A stretch of 64,000 bases of DNA, from assembly GCA_951406725.2 (NCBI GenBank), contig OX597814.1:166656001-166720000 (forward strand), given 5' to 3'. Within the stretch, counting starts at the first letter, position 1, and each line of letters starts with the position of its first letter. Of this stretch, positions 39,801 to 55,707 are shown in pieces. The notes under the pieces were generated by a model. The model saw only the letters and a list, made by a program, of their open reading frames with translations. It searched no databases and was not told where the DNA came from. This DNA is from Octopus vulgaris (lineage: Eukaryota). The translations under genes and the position numbers were made by a program.

Positions 39801-41224
39801 TAGGAGAATTTTGATTCATATGTTTAAAAAATATCCAAATGGATATTCTTTTATTTGTTTTGTCATTTGACTGTGGCCATGCTGGAGCACCACCTTTAGT
39901 CAAGCAAATCAACCCCAGTAAGCCTAGTACTTATTCTCTCTTGCTGAACCACTAAGTGATGGGGACATAAACACACCACCATCGGTTGTCAAGTGATGTT
40001 AGGGGTACAAATACAGACACACAAACACACAAACATATACATATCTACACACACACACACATACAACAAGCTTCTTTCAGTTTCCGTCAACCAAATCCAC
40101 CCACAAGGCTTTGGTCGGCTCAAGGCTATAGCAGAAGACACTTACCCAAGGTGCTACGCAGTGGGACTGAACCTGGAACCATGTGGTTTGTAAGCAAGCT
40201 ACTTACCACACAGCCACTCCTGCGCCTATGTTTCTGAGATTTGGATAATTTGCAAGAAATTTTGAAAAAATAATAGCAGGTAAACTTAAGTTGGTGATCT
40301 TTTAATTTAGGACATCACTTTCACTTTCTTCACAGTTATCATCGTTTTCTTGAGTAACTAACAATGAGATTTTAGATTGTTTTCTCAATTGTAATTGGAG
40401 CCAACTTGTTTGTTACATGCTTGAAATATTATGTGTTACTTCTTCATTTTTTTTGTAGTCATACACACGTGTGTGTGCACATAGGTGTATCTGTGTTTGT
40501 TTAAACATTAGTGTTTCTCCAAAAGTTATTGAGTTATAAACAGTCGTTATTGTTATCACTTCCTCTGTCAGTAAATCATCCATTGGCTTTGTGCTTTCAA
40601 AAGACATGTGGAGTAAGAGAGCCCTTACTTGAAAAACAAGTGAAAGTGAGTGACAGGAAAGGCATCTAGCTGTAAAAATGTCTCAGTAATATACATTTAT
40701 TTAACCCAAGGGTTCTCGACCACTTTTATCTGTGGACCCCTTTGATTACTATTTCATTTTGGTGGACCCACATAACCAATTGATGTTTAAAAACTACTTT
40801 TATATAAACTTCTTTCAAAATTCTTATTTTGTTTTTCACACATTAACTTGTGTAGGTTGAACTATATAAAACATTAGAGAAAGAAACCTAGCTGTTTTTT
40901 GCAATATATACCTATTTCTTTACTACCCACAAGGGGTTAAACACAGAGGGGACAAACAAGGACAGACAAACGGATTAAGTTGATTATATCGACCCCAGTG
41001 CATAACTGGTACTTATTTAATCGACCCCGAAAGGATGAAAGGCAAAGTCGACCTCAGCGGAATTTGAACTCAGAACATAACGGCAGATGAAATACGGCTA
41101 CGCATTTCGCCCGGCCTGCTAACGTTTCTGCCAGCTCGCTGCCTTGAATCACATTTATATTTTTATGAAGAAACAATTGATAGTGGCTCAAGTTGCTTTT
41201 ACCATAAGCTTTCCTAAGTTAATA

Positions 41225-41353
41225 CAATTCTATATTAAAGCGATGCGGAATTATGTACATTATTTACATTATTTACATTTGACGGATATTTGTCCTCATC
41301 TAGTTTGTTGTTAACACAACATTTCGGCTGATATACCCTCCAGCCTTCATCAA
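41225..41353 (-). mobile_element. Penelope-like terminal repeat fragment with a hammerhead-like motif
   Basis: TGATGA-AGGCTG-loop-CAGCC-GAAA. The downstream part of the same family is at 1-60 (+). Confidence 0.55.
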
Positions 41354-41379
41354 TGTTATCATCATTATTATTATTATTA

Positions 41380-41515
41380 CGAGTTTGATTCCAGGCACAC
41401 ACAACTCAACATCACCTTGGAGGATGCAGAGCGGTGGGACAGACAGCAATGGCAAGCACTGGTGGACCTGGTCGGCTCTACGCATGATGATGACTCTGGG
41501 ACCACTAACTTGGAA
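41380..41515 (+). mobile_element. RTE-like LINE C-terminal relic
   Basis: QLNITLEDAERWDRQQWQALVDLV resembles the RTE ORF end (..A.DR..WR.LV); followed by GATGATGAC. Confidence 0.5.
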
Positions 41516-41770
41516 TGACTCCATCTCCATCCAGCAAGAGCATGAAGCCAAGCTGACACCATAACACACATAAACATGTATATACACACACAGGCATACA
41601 TTCAAATGTATGTGAATCTGTGTTGGTTGATATATATATATATATATATATATATATGCTTTATTTGTGGGTTAACAAGGCTACTATTGTTTCATGCTGA
41701 GAGAAATCTCAGCCACTATCAAGTCTGCCACATGAGACATTGGTGAAAGTCTCCATCTTGGATGACAACA

Positions 41771-42046
41771 TCTTTATATATAAAAGTGAAGTTGTGTGTC
41801 TGTCTCCTACGATTTAGATTCCTAACTACTCCCACATTTAGTGGTGCAGTTTAATTAAAAGCGGGTATCTTATAGTCATGATTCATATCGAGCCCTTCTG
41901 GGTATTAGCGTGCGTCTACGATGAGTCTATGATTTAAAAAAAATTTACCATCATTTTTTGCTATTATATAAGGGAAGTAACTCTCTAAAAATGCTTATAT
42001 AGTTATTTCCTTTACAAACCCGAGCAACGCCGGGCGATACTGCTAG
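41771..42046 (+). mobile_element. Non-autonomous Helitron (second copy)
   Basis: A|TC...CTAG|T with the 3' hairpin; small internal deletion relative to 377-675. Confidence 0.85.
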
Positions 42047-42228
42047 TTTAATATAAATACAATTTCCATCTACCAAATCCATTCTAAAGGGTTTGGTCAA
42101 TCCGAGGCTATAGTAGAAGACATTTGACCAAGGTACCACTCTGGGACTGAACCCAAAACCATGTGGCTGAGAAGTAAACTTCTTACCACACAGCCTGTGC
42201 CAAATAATATTTATATATACAAGTATAT

Positions 42229-42267
<39 letters not shown>

Positions 42268-42569
42268 CATGCAGTAATCTCTCGACTATCATAGATGTTA
42301 TGTTCCAAAAGACCCCTTGATAGGTGAAAATCCAGGAAGTAGAAACAGTACTGTACTGCATATTTTTTTTTATTATTTTTATAATTTGTATATATCTATT
42401 TTATTATAAATGCAAAACAACATCACAGAGGAATCGACATAGGCTTGAATAATAAACTGCGATAGGTGAACCGTGATAAGGCAAGGGATTACTGTATACA
42501 TACATATATATATATATATATATATTTCTCTTATTCTCTCTCTCTCTCGTGGCTCACACATGACCATCG

Positions 42570-42995
42570 TTCATCTTTCTTTTCCTCACATGACCATCTT
42601 TCTTTTCCTGCACGGACGTTCAAAGGACTGGACGATTTTTTTATTTCTCTCTTCTATCTTTCCTCTTTGCAAGGAAAATATTTCTGCCAGCATTACTATT
42701 TTTCTCTCATTCTAGTCTAACGAGCCTTTGTGTTTGTTCAATTTCCTTGTATGTCTCCACTATCCTGGTTTTGTTCCCATATTTGACCCTCCATAAATCC
42801 AAAATTTTATTTTAGAATTTATCGGAGCAACTGTCTTTGAAGACTCATATTGTCACTGAATGCTCGAAATGAGGAGTAGATAGAGAGCTGACAACTGATG
42901 ACGGGTCTTTTCTCTGTCTACTTGTCTTGTTTCCATTGTTTTCTCCCGTTGTTTACATATTTCATGTTGTTTACACAGTTGGTGATGTCTTGTAC
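42570..42995 (+). repeat. Interspersed repeat (Penelope-like, tentative)
   Basis: Homologous, inverted, to ~62000-62450 (GGAGCAACTG...CTCATATTGTC...GCTCGAAAT...GACAACTGATGA). Confidence 0.5.
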
Positions 42996-43009
42996 CAATA
43001 ATATGCATA

Positions 43010-43170
43010 TCACTAGCCACTAAACCTTTTTCTATTTTCTCTCCCTGTTTATTTCTGTGTTCCTTTCTGTTGAAGAGCGTAGGCTCAAAACATAAAAGAC
43101 CTTCTCACTTCCTGAGTGTTAAACTAAAACTAATACATCTGTTTGTTGTTTACACACCCGTCTTAGTTTT
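43010..43170 (+). repeat. Short repeat with a minimal hammerhead-like motif
   Basis: CTTT-CTGTTGAA-GAGC-GTAG-GCTC-(G>A)AAAC-RTA-AAAG. A copy lies at 44975-45140, with fragments at 44460-44550 and 45370-45500. Confidence 0.55.
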
Positions 43171-44421
43171 TTATATATATATATTCACATATTGTCAGTA
43201 TATCATAGACCTGAAAACGAAGTACACTCTAAAGTATAGAGCAGTAATGTATTTACATGCAGTTAAATATATGTCCACTCTTAGAGTGACCAATGGTTTC
43301 ACATCCATGAAGTGCTTAGGCTCTATGGACAACTCGTCAGACTCTAATGGCAGAGGGAACATAACCACTCTTCAAACTGGAGGTAGAAAACTGCTGAAAT
43401 TACTGAATAAAATTCTGTTTGAACTTATGTGTGTGTGTGTGTGTGTGTGTGTGTGGATGTGCACACGCGCATTGGATGTGCATAAACTTGGTCATGTTTC
43501 AAAATAAGCACTGGCCCAGGCCATATCTAACTTGATACCACCACCTGGTAACTTCTCAAAGTTAAGTTTAAGTCATGTTTGTGTTTTAAGATAACTTATC
43601 AGAAATGTATTTGTTGACCAAAACATAATATATTAAAGTATCCTTTATCCTTGTATCCTTTCAGAAGAATTTGTCCAGATACCATTTTAACATCATCAGA
43701 TCCTTTTTCTTTGTGAATTTGTTTTAGGATAATGTTAAATGTAGTTGGGCCAACTGAAAATAAAATAGTTGTCACAATTATTTATATGCTTTGAGCCTGA
43801 CTTTTGTCTATGAACATACGGCACATGGTCCTAACCTCAGGTGATTTTTAAACTGAATGCTATGATCATTTGGGTAGTCACAATAGTTTCCCCAGAAGTG
43901 AATAGACCAGTGGTTTTCAATAGGGGCCCATATATAATTTGCTGTTAAAATTTATGTGCAATATATTAGACATACATCTGCAATACACATATTATGCTTT
44001 ACATATAAAATATATTAATATATGGGACAAGAACGCAAAACATCCAGACTGTTGGGTGATACAAGAAAGGGACAACAAAACATCTAGATAGACGATACAA
44101 AGTAAAACAAGGACGGGTCATTCGGAGTTTTCTTTCCTCAGTCAAGTTCCAGATTATCTATGCAATTTCGGCTGGTTATACTCGAGATTGCTCCAATCTG
44201 GCCAGCCCCAAGGAAAAACTACGCTAAGAGCATTAGATTCCTTGGAAGAAAGCAGCGAATGTATACGAAAACAAAGATAGAAAAACCGGAGAAAGTTACA
44301 CAAATACTAATAACAGGTGTCTTTCGACTGAGGACGAATTAAATTAAGCTGGCGTGTGTGGAAATAAAGCCTTACAGCAGGGATACAATATTTCACAGGC
44401 ACAGGGAAGAATATAGATGTT

Positions 44422-44455
<34 letters not shown>

Positions 44456-44551
44456 TTCCCTTCTTTCCTGAGCGTCAATAATACTTTAATTGTTCCACGT
44501 CCTGCGTTGCTGTGTTTTTTTCTCTTTTTTTCTGTGTTTTCTTGTTTGGTT

Positions 44552-44597
<46 letters not shown>

Positions 44598-45608
44598 AAA
44601 TATCAATAGGTACAGTATATCGAAATGGTTGAGAATCTGTCTCACAACCAAAAGTCCTTAGGCATTTTCTACAGTCTCAAGTCACTCCAGATTAGGTGGA
44701 TAGTGCCTGCAACACAGATAGTATTACCTTGTCTCACACACTGTCATGCTGATACTCCCTGATACTGTATACACAAGACTGGAATGCTTGGCTATTTGTA
44801 TATTAATTCAGGAGCAGGTAAGTCAATTGACTGAACAATGAATCCTTGTTGCCAAACAATGGGATCCACCACCATGTATTTAGATAACACACACATACAT
44901 ATGAATATGTATAATAATATATGTAATATCAATATAATATATATATATATGTATATGTCGCCATGATAGATTGTTAGCCACTACACACATTTTTTTCTCT
45001 CCTTGTTTTTTCTGTGTCCCTTTCTGTAGAAGAGCATAGGCTCAAAACGTAAAAGACTTTTTCTATTCCTGAGCGTTATACTAATACATCTGTTTGTTCT
45101 GTACACCACCTGTCTTTGTCTTTTGTTTTTTTCGTAAACTCTCCCTATATATATATAAAATATATTTATAGGTGCAAGCATAGCTTTATGTTTAAGATGC
45201 TTGTTCCGCAGCTATGTGGTTTTAGATTCAGCCCCACTGCATGTTATCTTAGGCATGTTTTTTTCTATAGCCCCAGGCCAACCAATACCTCATGAGTGGA
45301 TATGGTAGAAGGAACTGTGCAGAAGCCCATTGTGTGTGTGTTTGTGTATAACACATACTGTTGGTGATTTTTTCCCCTTCTTTGAACTTTTCCTTTTCCT
45401 TTCCAACAACGAGGTATGCTCAAAACATCAAAAACTCTCTCTTTTTACTGAATGTCAAACTAATACATTCCATGTGTACATCCTCTTGTTGTTTGTTATT
45501 GTTATTTCTAATGTTCATTTATTCGATTTGAATATATATATATATATATATATAGTCCAACCCATGCTAGCATAGAAAGTGGATGTTAAACGATGATGAT
45601 GATGATGA

Positions 45609-45649
<41 letters not shown>

Positions 45650-46860
45650 GGCTCAAGTATGACTGTGTGGTAAGAAGCTTGCTTCCCAACCACATGGTTC
45701 TGGGTTCAGTCTCACTGTACGGCATCTTGAGCAAGTGGCTTCTATTTTTATAGCCTTGGGCTCACTAAAACCTTGTGAGTGGATTTGGTAGATGGAAACA
45801 GAAAGAAGCCCGTTGTGTGTATGTGTGTGTGTCTTTGTATCTGTCTGTCTCTTACCATCAGTTTGCAACTGGTGTTCTTGTGTTCACATCACTGTAACTT
45901 GACAAAAATGACCAATAAAAGTAACAGGTTTACAAACAAAAAAAAAATGTCAAGACCTGGAGTTGATTCATTTGATTAAAAATTATTCAAGGCAGTGCCT
46001 CAGCATAGCTGCAGTCTAATGACTGAATCAAGTAAAAGAAAGATATCAGTCAAACAAATCTCTGAGTTGTCAGTAACTCAAGAGGAGTTTACCACAAACA
46101 GTTTTGCTATGATTAAAACAAATATCAATAATGCTTAATCATCTCTATATTTCTTTAATAAGAATTGATTCTTAAATTTTAATTGGGGTATGTGGATAAA
46201 TTAAATACAGACAGGAAGGAAAAGAAAGAAAATACTATTTTATTTACAATATGCATAATTTAGGGCTAATAATGAATAAGTCCAAGGCCTCCTTAAAAGC
46301 AGGCCACCATCATCTCCCAGTCAAGGCAATGTATGGAGCCTCAGCATAGAACCCCTATATAAATGTCACCATGTACATAAATTAGCAATGGGCTCTGAGA
46401 TCCATGGAGCTCCTGGGTAACTTGCCATTTTGCCCATGCCTTAAGATAGCAATGCATTGGTTACTAAATGGTTGCTCAACTTGGAAGAAGCAGTAGCAAA
46501 ATCTTCCTTAAATAAAGCCTACAGTTTAAAACTGTTTGAAAAGAACAAAGAAGTACACAATACTTATCATGGAGCTTGAGACACAAATAAAACTGAATGA
46601 CCATGAGATGGAATGCTTTTGAACATAGGTCTGTTCAGTCAGATCTGGCCTGCAACTGGCTAAACACTATCTGCTAGATGTTCAACTATTTACTATGTTC
46701 ATCATATATATATAGGTTATGAGAGGTAATGGTGTCATTGAGACCCAAAGGTGTCAAGTAATGCTGAATAAGTGCTATAAATAGACAAAAGTTAAGTTCC
46801 AAGTTCAGTGATTTTGCGAATAAGGGGGTCAACGTTGGTCATATGTCAGCGTGTGTATAT

Positions 46861-47180
46861 AAAAAATTTTTTTCACAATAAGATAAAAAAGAAATGCTGG
46901 GTAGATTTTAGAACATTTATAGATAGGTCTTACAGCTGTTTCCAGGATATTTATTAATTATATCCCTTCATCGGAGATAGTGTGAGAAGATGGTTAAGTA
47001 ATAGTTAACTTAGATATGAAAATTATATGTAAATTAACTATTACTTAACTATCCTCTCACACCGTCACCGATGAAGGGATATAATAAATATCCTGCAAAC
47101 AGCTGTAAGACCTTCTATCTATAAATGTTCTAAAACCTACTCAGCCTTGGTTTTTTATCTCATTATGAAAAAAATTTTTT
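46861..47180. repeat. ~320-bp foldback with a hammerhead-like motif in each arm
   Basis: ~150-bp inverted arms; CCGATGA-AG-GGATAT/ATATCC-TG-GAAAC-AGCT-GTA. Confidence 0.75.
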
Positions 47181-48342
47181 ATATATATATGGCTGAGTTT
47201 CAGAATACTCGCCCACATGAGTTGGATTTTCTCTTTTTGAAAGGAGTTTTCAATTTTTTTCACCACACCTTCAGAATGATGAGGTGGGGTGAGAACCTTT
47301 CCGAAAAAGATTTTTAAAATCCCAAAATTTTTTTAACATCAACTTACACAAAATACCAACCACCACTAAAATGCTTTTTTTTTTTTTCCGATTGGTTTTA
47401 GTCATCTGGTTGTATTTCAGATCCTTGAAACCCTTCCAATTCACATTTAGAACGAAACAAAAATTCTTAATTCCCACTTTCCATCTACCTTTCACAATTA
47501 AAATAAATTAATAAATAAAACACACAAGTTGATTGCATGCGAAATAAAATTAGAATTTTGAAAATTTAAAACGATAATTTTAGTCAAATATAGAAAATAT
47601 TTTTAATTGTATAAATATCTCCTCCTATCCCCTTTCTAGCTTATAACAAGATTATTGTGGCAATATCTTGCCCTAAGTAAAACCTTATATTATTTTTTGA
47701 CTTTTTGTCATATGTAAAAATTTAACTTGAAAATTTTGTCAACATATAAATAAGCTAAGAAGTATTATATAGTCTTGCTTTTCTCTTAATTTATTATTTT
47801 ATGTCCTTTAGAAAGAAGTTTTTATATAATGACAAGAGTATAAAAATAATGAGAATAAAAAAAAAAATTCATTTTAATCGTGAAAGATATGGTGGAGGAA
47901 GGGTTAAGAACTTTTGTTTTGTTTTAAAGGCGAAATCCGAGCATTTCAGAAAGTGGAATAAACATTTAATACAATAAAATGACTAAAAGTAACGAGGAAA
48001 AAACTTTTATGGTCATTGCTCTCTTTTTGTGTGTGTGTGTGTGGGGGGGGGGTGTTATGTCGGAGTGAGAGGGGGCTTTTAAAATACACGGATTTAAATT
48101 TGGATAACATGTTTCAGAATATGGAATATAAATAAGAAGCTAGGTGGTGATAGTTGTTGTCAAGGAATGAGAGGAGGGGGAGAAGTAATGCAACGTTTAA
48201 AAAATTATGGATTAAATTTATTTATTTATTTTTTATTTTTTTAGAAAGGCTACCTCAGGATTTTGGAAAACATTTGGTGGTGAAAAAAAAAAATGAATCA
48301 GAAAACTCCGAATTATTTTAGTGAGCTCCGCCAAACACAGAG

Positions 48343-48830
<488 letters not shown>

Positions 48831-50759
48831 GCATACTGAATATGAAACTGCTGTCGCAAAAAATGCATCGAATATAAATAAAATTTATATTTACTGGGCC
48901 TTAACGACAATTATATGACCTAAGTCGGGCCTTTAAAACACTATATGTATAGTATTTATACATACTTGTGCGTGTGTATTCATTCATACATACACAAAGA
49001 AGCACAAACCGGAAAAAAAAACAAAACAAGAATACTCAGGTGTGCGAGAGAGAGAGAGAAAAAAGGTAGGATATTTATTTAAAAGAAATAAAAGAAAGAA
49101 TAGCTTGTACATGTGTGTCCAAGTGCAAAACTATATTTATCATGTAGTTTCATTGGGTAAATCTGAACTAATACCATATTTCGTTGTGACAAAATAATTA
49201 CATGCATGAAATAAGAGATTTTTGTTCTCAGTTTGCAAATATGAAACACTCGCTCGCGCGCAAAACACATGAGCGGGTGCAGACATGTGTATGAGTGTGT
49301 GTACGGGCACATTTAGCGGTATCACATTTCTACGTAGGCAAACACAAATAACGCAAACCGAGCCAACCAGGGGTGGCTTCTGTGTGGTTGCACGATCTGC
49401 TAGAAATAGCAGCGAATTTGCAACCTACTCGTTTTTGAGAAAATTACGAATACATTGACTGGATAATGTGTAATCCTGCAAAACCCTAAAAAGATGGAGT
49501 GTCTGTGATCGTAGATCTACTCAATCCGTATTGACCTGGGACTTAAACAACTTAGTACATAATGTAAGAAGTGTGTGTGTGAATATGCGCGTGGTAAAAG
49601 ACTAAACAATACAAAATTTGGAAACATACGGTGAACAAAAATAAAGTCACCGAAAAAAACTCTTAGCATTAATTGATGGAAAAGTTACGGAATAATGTTA
49701 TATTAAAATACCATAAATAATAGTTTAACAAACTGATTAAACAAATATTTTAACTTATTTATTAATTTGACAATACATGACTTGTACACAATATAATGAA
49801 TGGCTTAACACGAAAATAATCATGTTTTAATCAATATCTTAAAATCAATAAAACCAAAAAACAGATATTTCAGTCATTCATTCAAGTTTACCAGTAACTT
49901 ACTTTTTTTTAACATAGTTTATCCGGAAGAAAATCCAAAATAACAAATATAGACATGATACCATGGCCACGGGGTAATTAATACACACATATTTGAAATA
50001 GAATATGCTGTTCAAGATTAAATCAGATCTATTAAAAACTTAGAGACTTTTTAACTGCACGAATTGACTGTGTGTCTATTTGTTCGGCAGTCCGTCTCTC
50101 TCTCTCTCTCTTTTCTTTTGTTTCACTCTTTGGGCTGCGGTCATTCTGGGGCACCGCCTTGAAGAATTTTAGTTGAAGAGGTTTAGTTACAGGGATATAA
50201 ACAAACCAACACCAGTTATCAAATACAATGGGACACACACACACATACATACATGATGGGCTTCTTCTAGCTTCTGTCTACCAAATCCAATTAGAAAGCT
50301 TTAGTTGGCCCTGGGCTATAGTAGAACACACTCGCCCAAAGTGCCGCACAGTGGGATTGAACTCAAATCATGTGGTTGCGAATCAAATCTCTTACCACAC
50401 AGAGCGACACCTGCACAATAAAGATAAATATTCAATGCATAAGTGCAAAAGAGTCAAGTAAACGGTTCGTCACTGCAATCCATCAACGGGTTATCAACAA
50501 TACAAGGTAACTAATGTGTATTTATTTATTTAGCATTTTTGTTTTCTAGAACATCAGCCGAGTGAGTAAAACGAACCAACTACAACTGGGAATAAAATAT
50601 ATTTTACAGCGCTAACCAGCTATTCATAATATCCACATATAAGCATACGTAATTGTTTATAAACATATAAACTGGCTGGTGTCTTGTATGGAAGAGATAT
50701 TTGGTTCAAAAGCTGAAAGAATAGAGCACCTTCTAGCAGCCTATTACTTTCAAAATATT

Positions 50760-52500
50760 ACTAAAGTATTGTCGATATCGTCGTCATCATCATCAATAAC
50801 ATCACTATTATTAACATGATTATCACTATCGTATATATCATCGTGGTTTTGATAAATTTATAATACTCACCAATATCGTAATATCATTACCATCGGCATC
50901 ACCATCAACAGCTTTACCACTGCCATCATCTTCAATATTATTGTAGCCTTCGTCGTCGTTGTCATCATCATCATCATCATCGTCATCGTCATCATCACCG
51001 TTAGTATATCCAACAATATCATCATCATCATCTATTATTTTTCTAACTTAAAAATGCTAGCAGATGTAGTTACATTATAAATAACTTGTTGCCGTTTTGT
51101 TGTTATTGCTTTAGTTATCAACATTGTTATGGTGGTTGTGTTTGTTGCTGCCGTACCTGTTGTTGTTGTTGTTGTTGTTTATGGTAGTTAGTAGTGGTGG
51201 TGCTGGTGCTGGTGGTGATGAGGATGATAATGATGATAATGATGAAGATGACGTGTGAGATGTGATTTGAGATGCTCTGTCACGTCCTCACTGACAAAGC
51301 AGGATAAATAGTCAGAGTGGCAGTGTTTTGTCCAAGCGTTTAATACAAGCTACGATGGTATTAATAGTCTCCGCAGTGCAAAGTAACATCCGAGCACCGA
51401 GCCAGACACACCAGCAGTATTCTAGTAGTAGTAGTAGTAGTATAGTAGTAGTAGTAGTAAGTGTCTGCCTGCCTGGAAGCAATCTCGTACATATCAGATA
51501 GCTATTGTTGTTGTTGTTGTTGTTGTTATTGTTATTCTGTGGGTCGCACTTCCGACAATTTCCTTTTGATGATGGTAAAAGAGAGAAGAGGTGGCTGCTG
51601 CTACCATTACTACTGCTGCTACCGATACTACTACTACTACTACTACTACAACTACTACTACTGTCACAGCAGTTAAATCCTTCATCGTAGTTTTAAGGGA
51701 ACAGGTGGAATCGTCGTTAGAGATAGCGAACAAGTCGTTGAATATGGATTCAGGTGCTCGGAAAAGTCGAAGACCGAGACATACAGACCGCCACGCGCTC
51801 ACATGTAGCTGATATACACGTACATGCACACCATACATGATGCATACATACAATATACATGTATATATTGGCAAAAAAAGTAAAAAAAACAGCTCAGCAT
51901 ATAGATAAAAGAATACTTACACAAACATCCATACAGTTACAGGGTGACGGACAGACCCCGTGATAGTCCCACAAGCGCCAAGTAAACATAGATATATATT
52001 TATGCATGTATATATTATATACACAGTTGACGACGTAGCTTTTATCTTTACGAGACAGACAGCTCGCTCGTCTGAACTTTCAGACATACACTCACACATA
52101 CATACATACACACACTCACGCACTCACACTATTACACAGACTCCCTCACACTTACACTCTCTCTCACACACACGTTTCTACTACTCACACATTTGTACTC
52201 ACGCACATGCACTCGCTCGCACGTGCACATAGGTTGTAACGTACACACACACACTCATATACTAAAAAGAACAACAAGTACAAGAACAGCCACAATACTG
52301 GTTATAAACAAGAGTTTGTCGATCAGTTAAAGGAAATTACAAGTGGCTGGCTTGTAATTTCACCGACAGCATTTGTAGCAGTAAGCCATCGAGTTATTGG
52401 TGTGATTCTCTTATAAGTAAACGACCATCGTCTCCGTGGCTCCTGCGATTAATTGCGATGGCAGTGGTGGCAGCGGTGGTAATAATAATGCTTAATAGTA
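50760..52500 (-). promoter_or_regulatory. Putative 5' UTR/promoter region rich in trinucleotide repeats and CpG
   Basis: No SINEs, many CpGs, (CAT)/(TTG)/(TAG)/(CTA) tracts; minus-strand donors TGT|GTAAGT (~51921) and CAG|GTACGG (~51157). Confidence 0.35.
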
Positions 52501-53140
52501 ACGGCGTAGTGTTTCTATAATGACTATAACAAGGTTTGTGATTGCTAACTAGAGAAGAGTCTCTGAATATTATGAATAACGGATAAAAAGAAGGAAAAAA
52601 ACAAGGTAGGAAGACAGAGAAAGAACTATATATTAGGTGTAAGGGAAAGACTGATTTAGAAAGAGTAAACAAACCATATGAATGGTAAGAGCGAAACAAA
52701 AACAACGGTTGCTATTATAAAATAGCGTGTGATGCACTCGGCCAGACATAATCTGTTTCGTCCGATAGCAAGCAAAAAAGTGTTACTGAGTGGCTTTTGG
52801 GATAAAATTAACTGTTTGGTTATTTTAATTGGGTAACATATTAGATGCTATGATGTTTGTTCCCTCCTTCCTCGAGGATATTAGCGGCGTAAGCGAAATG
52901 GAAAGGACTTAACTGAAAATGGATGGAAACCAAGTACGATGTATGAAATGAACGTGTGTTTGAAACAGAGGACTTGCCCGATGTCATTCCATGTGTAATA
53001 TACACACATACATACACACACATATGTGTAGCTGATATAGAAGCAATGACATAACGATACATCCGAGTTTGTTTTCTTTCTCGTTAATATATTTGTCACT
53101 GACCCCGTCGCCGACAGTGTATTATATACTTTAGCGCACG

Positions 53141-53238
<98 letters not shown>

Positions 53239-53360
53239 TTATCCATGTATATATATACATATTCATATGTATATATGTATATATATTCATATATATTTAT
53301 ATATTCATATATATATATATATAGTCATGTGTATGTATGTATGTATGTATGTATGTATAT
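53141..53360. repeat. (TATC)n and (TA)n microsatellites
   Basis: Direct observation. Confidence 0.95.
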
Positions 53361-54073
53361 ACATATCTAATCATTTGTGTGTATTTATATTTATATACAT
53401 ACATTTGTATGCCTACCCATTCATGTTTATCAGATTTGTTGTTTAGCTTTTGGACGGATGTTGTTCAGTTGCCGCTCCAGACACGACCACTGTGTTTTTT
53501 TATTCTCTCATATACAGTATAAAGGTATGAGTTGAAGGATATTTACCTGGTATTTCTAGCATATCGAGGGATCACAAAGATACTCTTAGCTTTATCATTT
53601 CACAGATGTTCGGAGACGTGGATATACCTAGATAAAATATAAATGTACTTAGGTACATTTATGACAAACTTAAGAATAACTTTCCAGCAAAACTATATAA
53701 TTTAAAAAATCTGAACATCGCTATCTAAATTTTATTTTATTTATTTATTTTTGTTTTTTCTTTTGTTTTTTGTTGTTGCCAGGTTTATATTATGTTCCTA
53801 TTTGAACAGAACGGGGTTTGATTAAGGGTGTTCCGTATATAACCATCCAATCCTTTATCCGACAGTTGTATATGAAGAAATACTTCATCATCCAATTAAC
53901 TAGCACCCTCCTATTTCAAGATTAGCTGAAATTTCAGGTAGATTTGGCTGTTATATCTAGGAGTCGAATACTTTCATTGACAATTCTTTGTTACACACAC
54001 AAGCACCTATTTGTATATAAGGTGTGCATATGTGTGTGTGAATATATATATATGTGTGTGTGTGTGTGTATGT

Positions 54074-54121
<48 letters not shown>

Positions 54122-54620
54122 GCATGAATACACACACGTGTGTATGCATATGTTTATGTATATTATAGGAAAGTTAAGTTGTCTGTGACAATGGGAAAAA
54201 TAACGAATGCATTCGATAAAATGATCTCAGAGTTAAGAACCTTAATATCATTTCTTTATCGTAGAAATCAGGCGACAGACACATCGTCAGACAGTCTGGC
54301 TTACTCAGCTCGGTTTATAATCAAATAGAGTCTGAAGTTAACGTACAACCAGGCTGTCTGTTTGAATACAGGACTTGTAGGCAAGTTTCTGCAACAGTGT
54401 CGAATATCTGAGAACAATCTGTTATTGTAATGTTGATAAAGATGAATTTATGTATAACTACATATACAATAGCACAATCTTACCGCTTCCGATACTTCTA
54501 GACTTCTAGATTTATTTAGGAATCCCAGTGAGGATTACAATTTGAATTCTTCCACATAGGATTAATGTAATGGTTATGTGAAGGAAACATCCATTGCCAA
54601 GCAAAAGCCTTCTTTCTGTT

Positions 54621-55707
<1,087 letters not shown>

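Noticed and set aside
43240-43400. Possible small coding exon
   Set aside because: Open frames on both strands but only weak splice sites and no recognisable protein.
51494-51874. Poly-Val signal-peptide-like ORF
   Set aside because: Derived from (GTA)n/(ACA)n repeats and stops soon after; more likely UTR.
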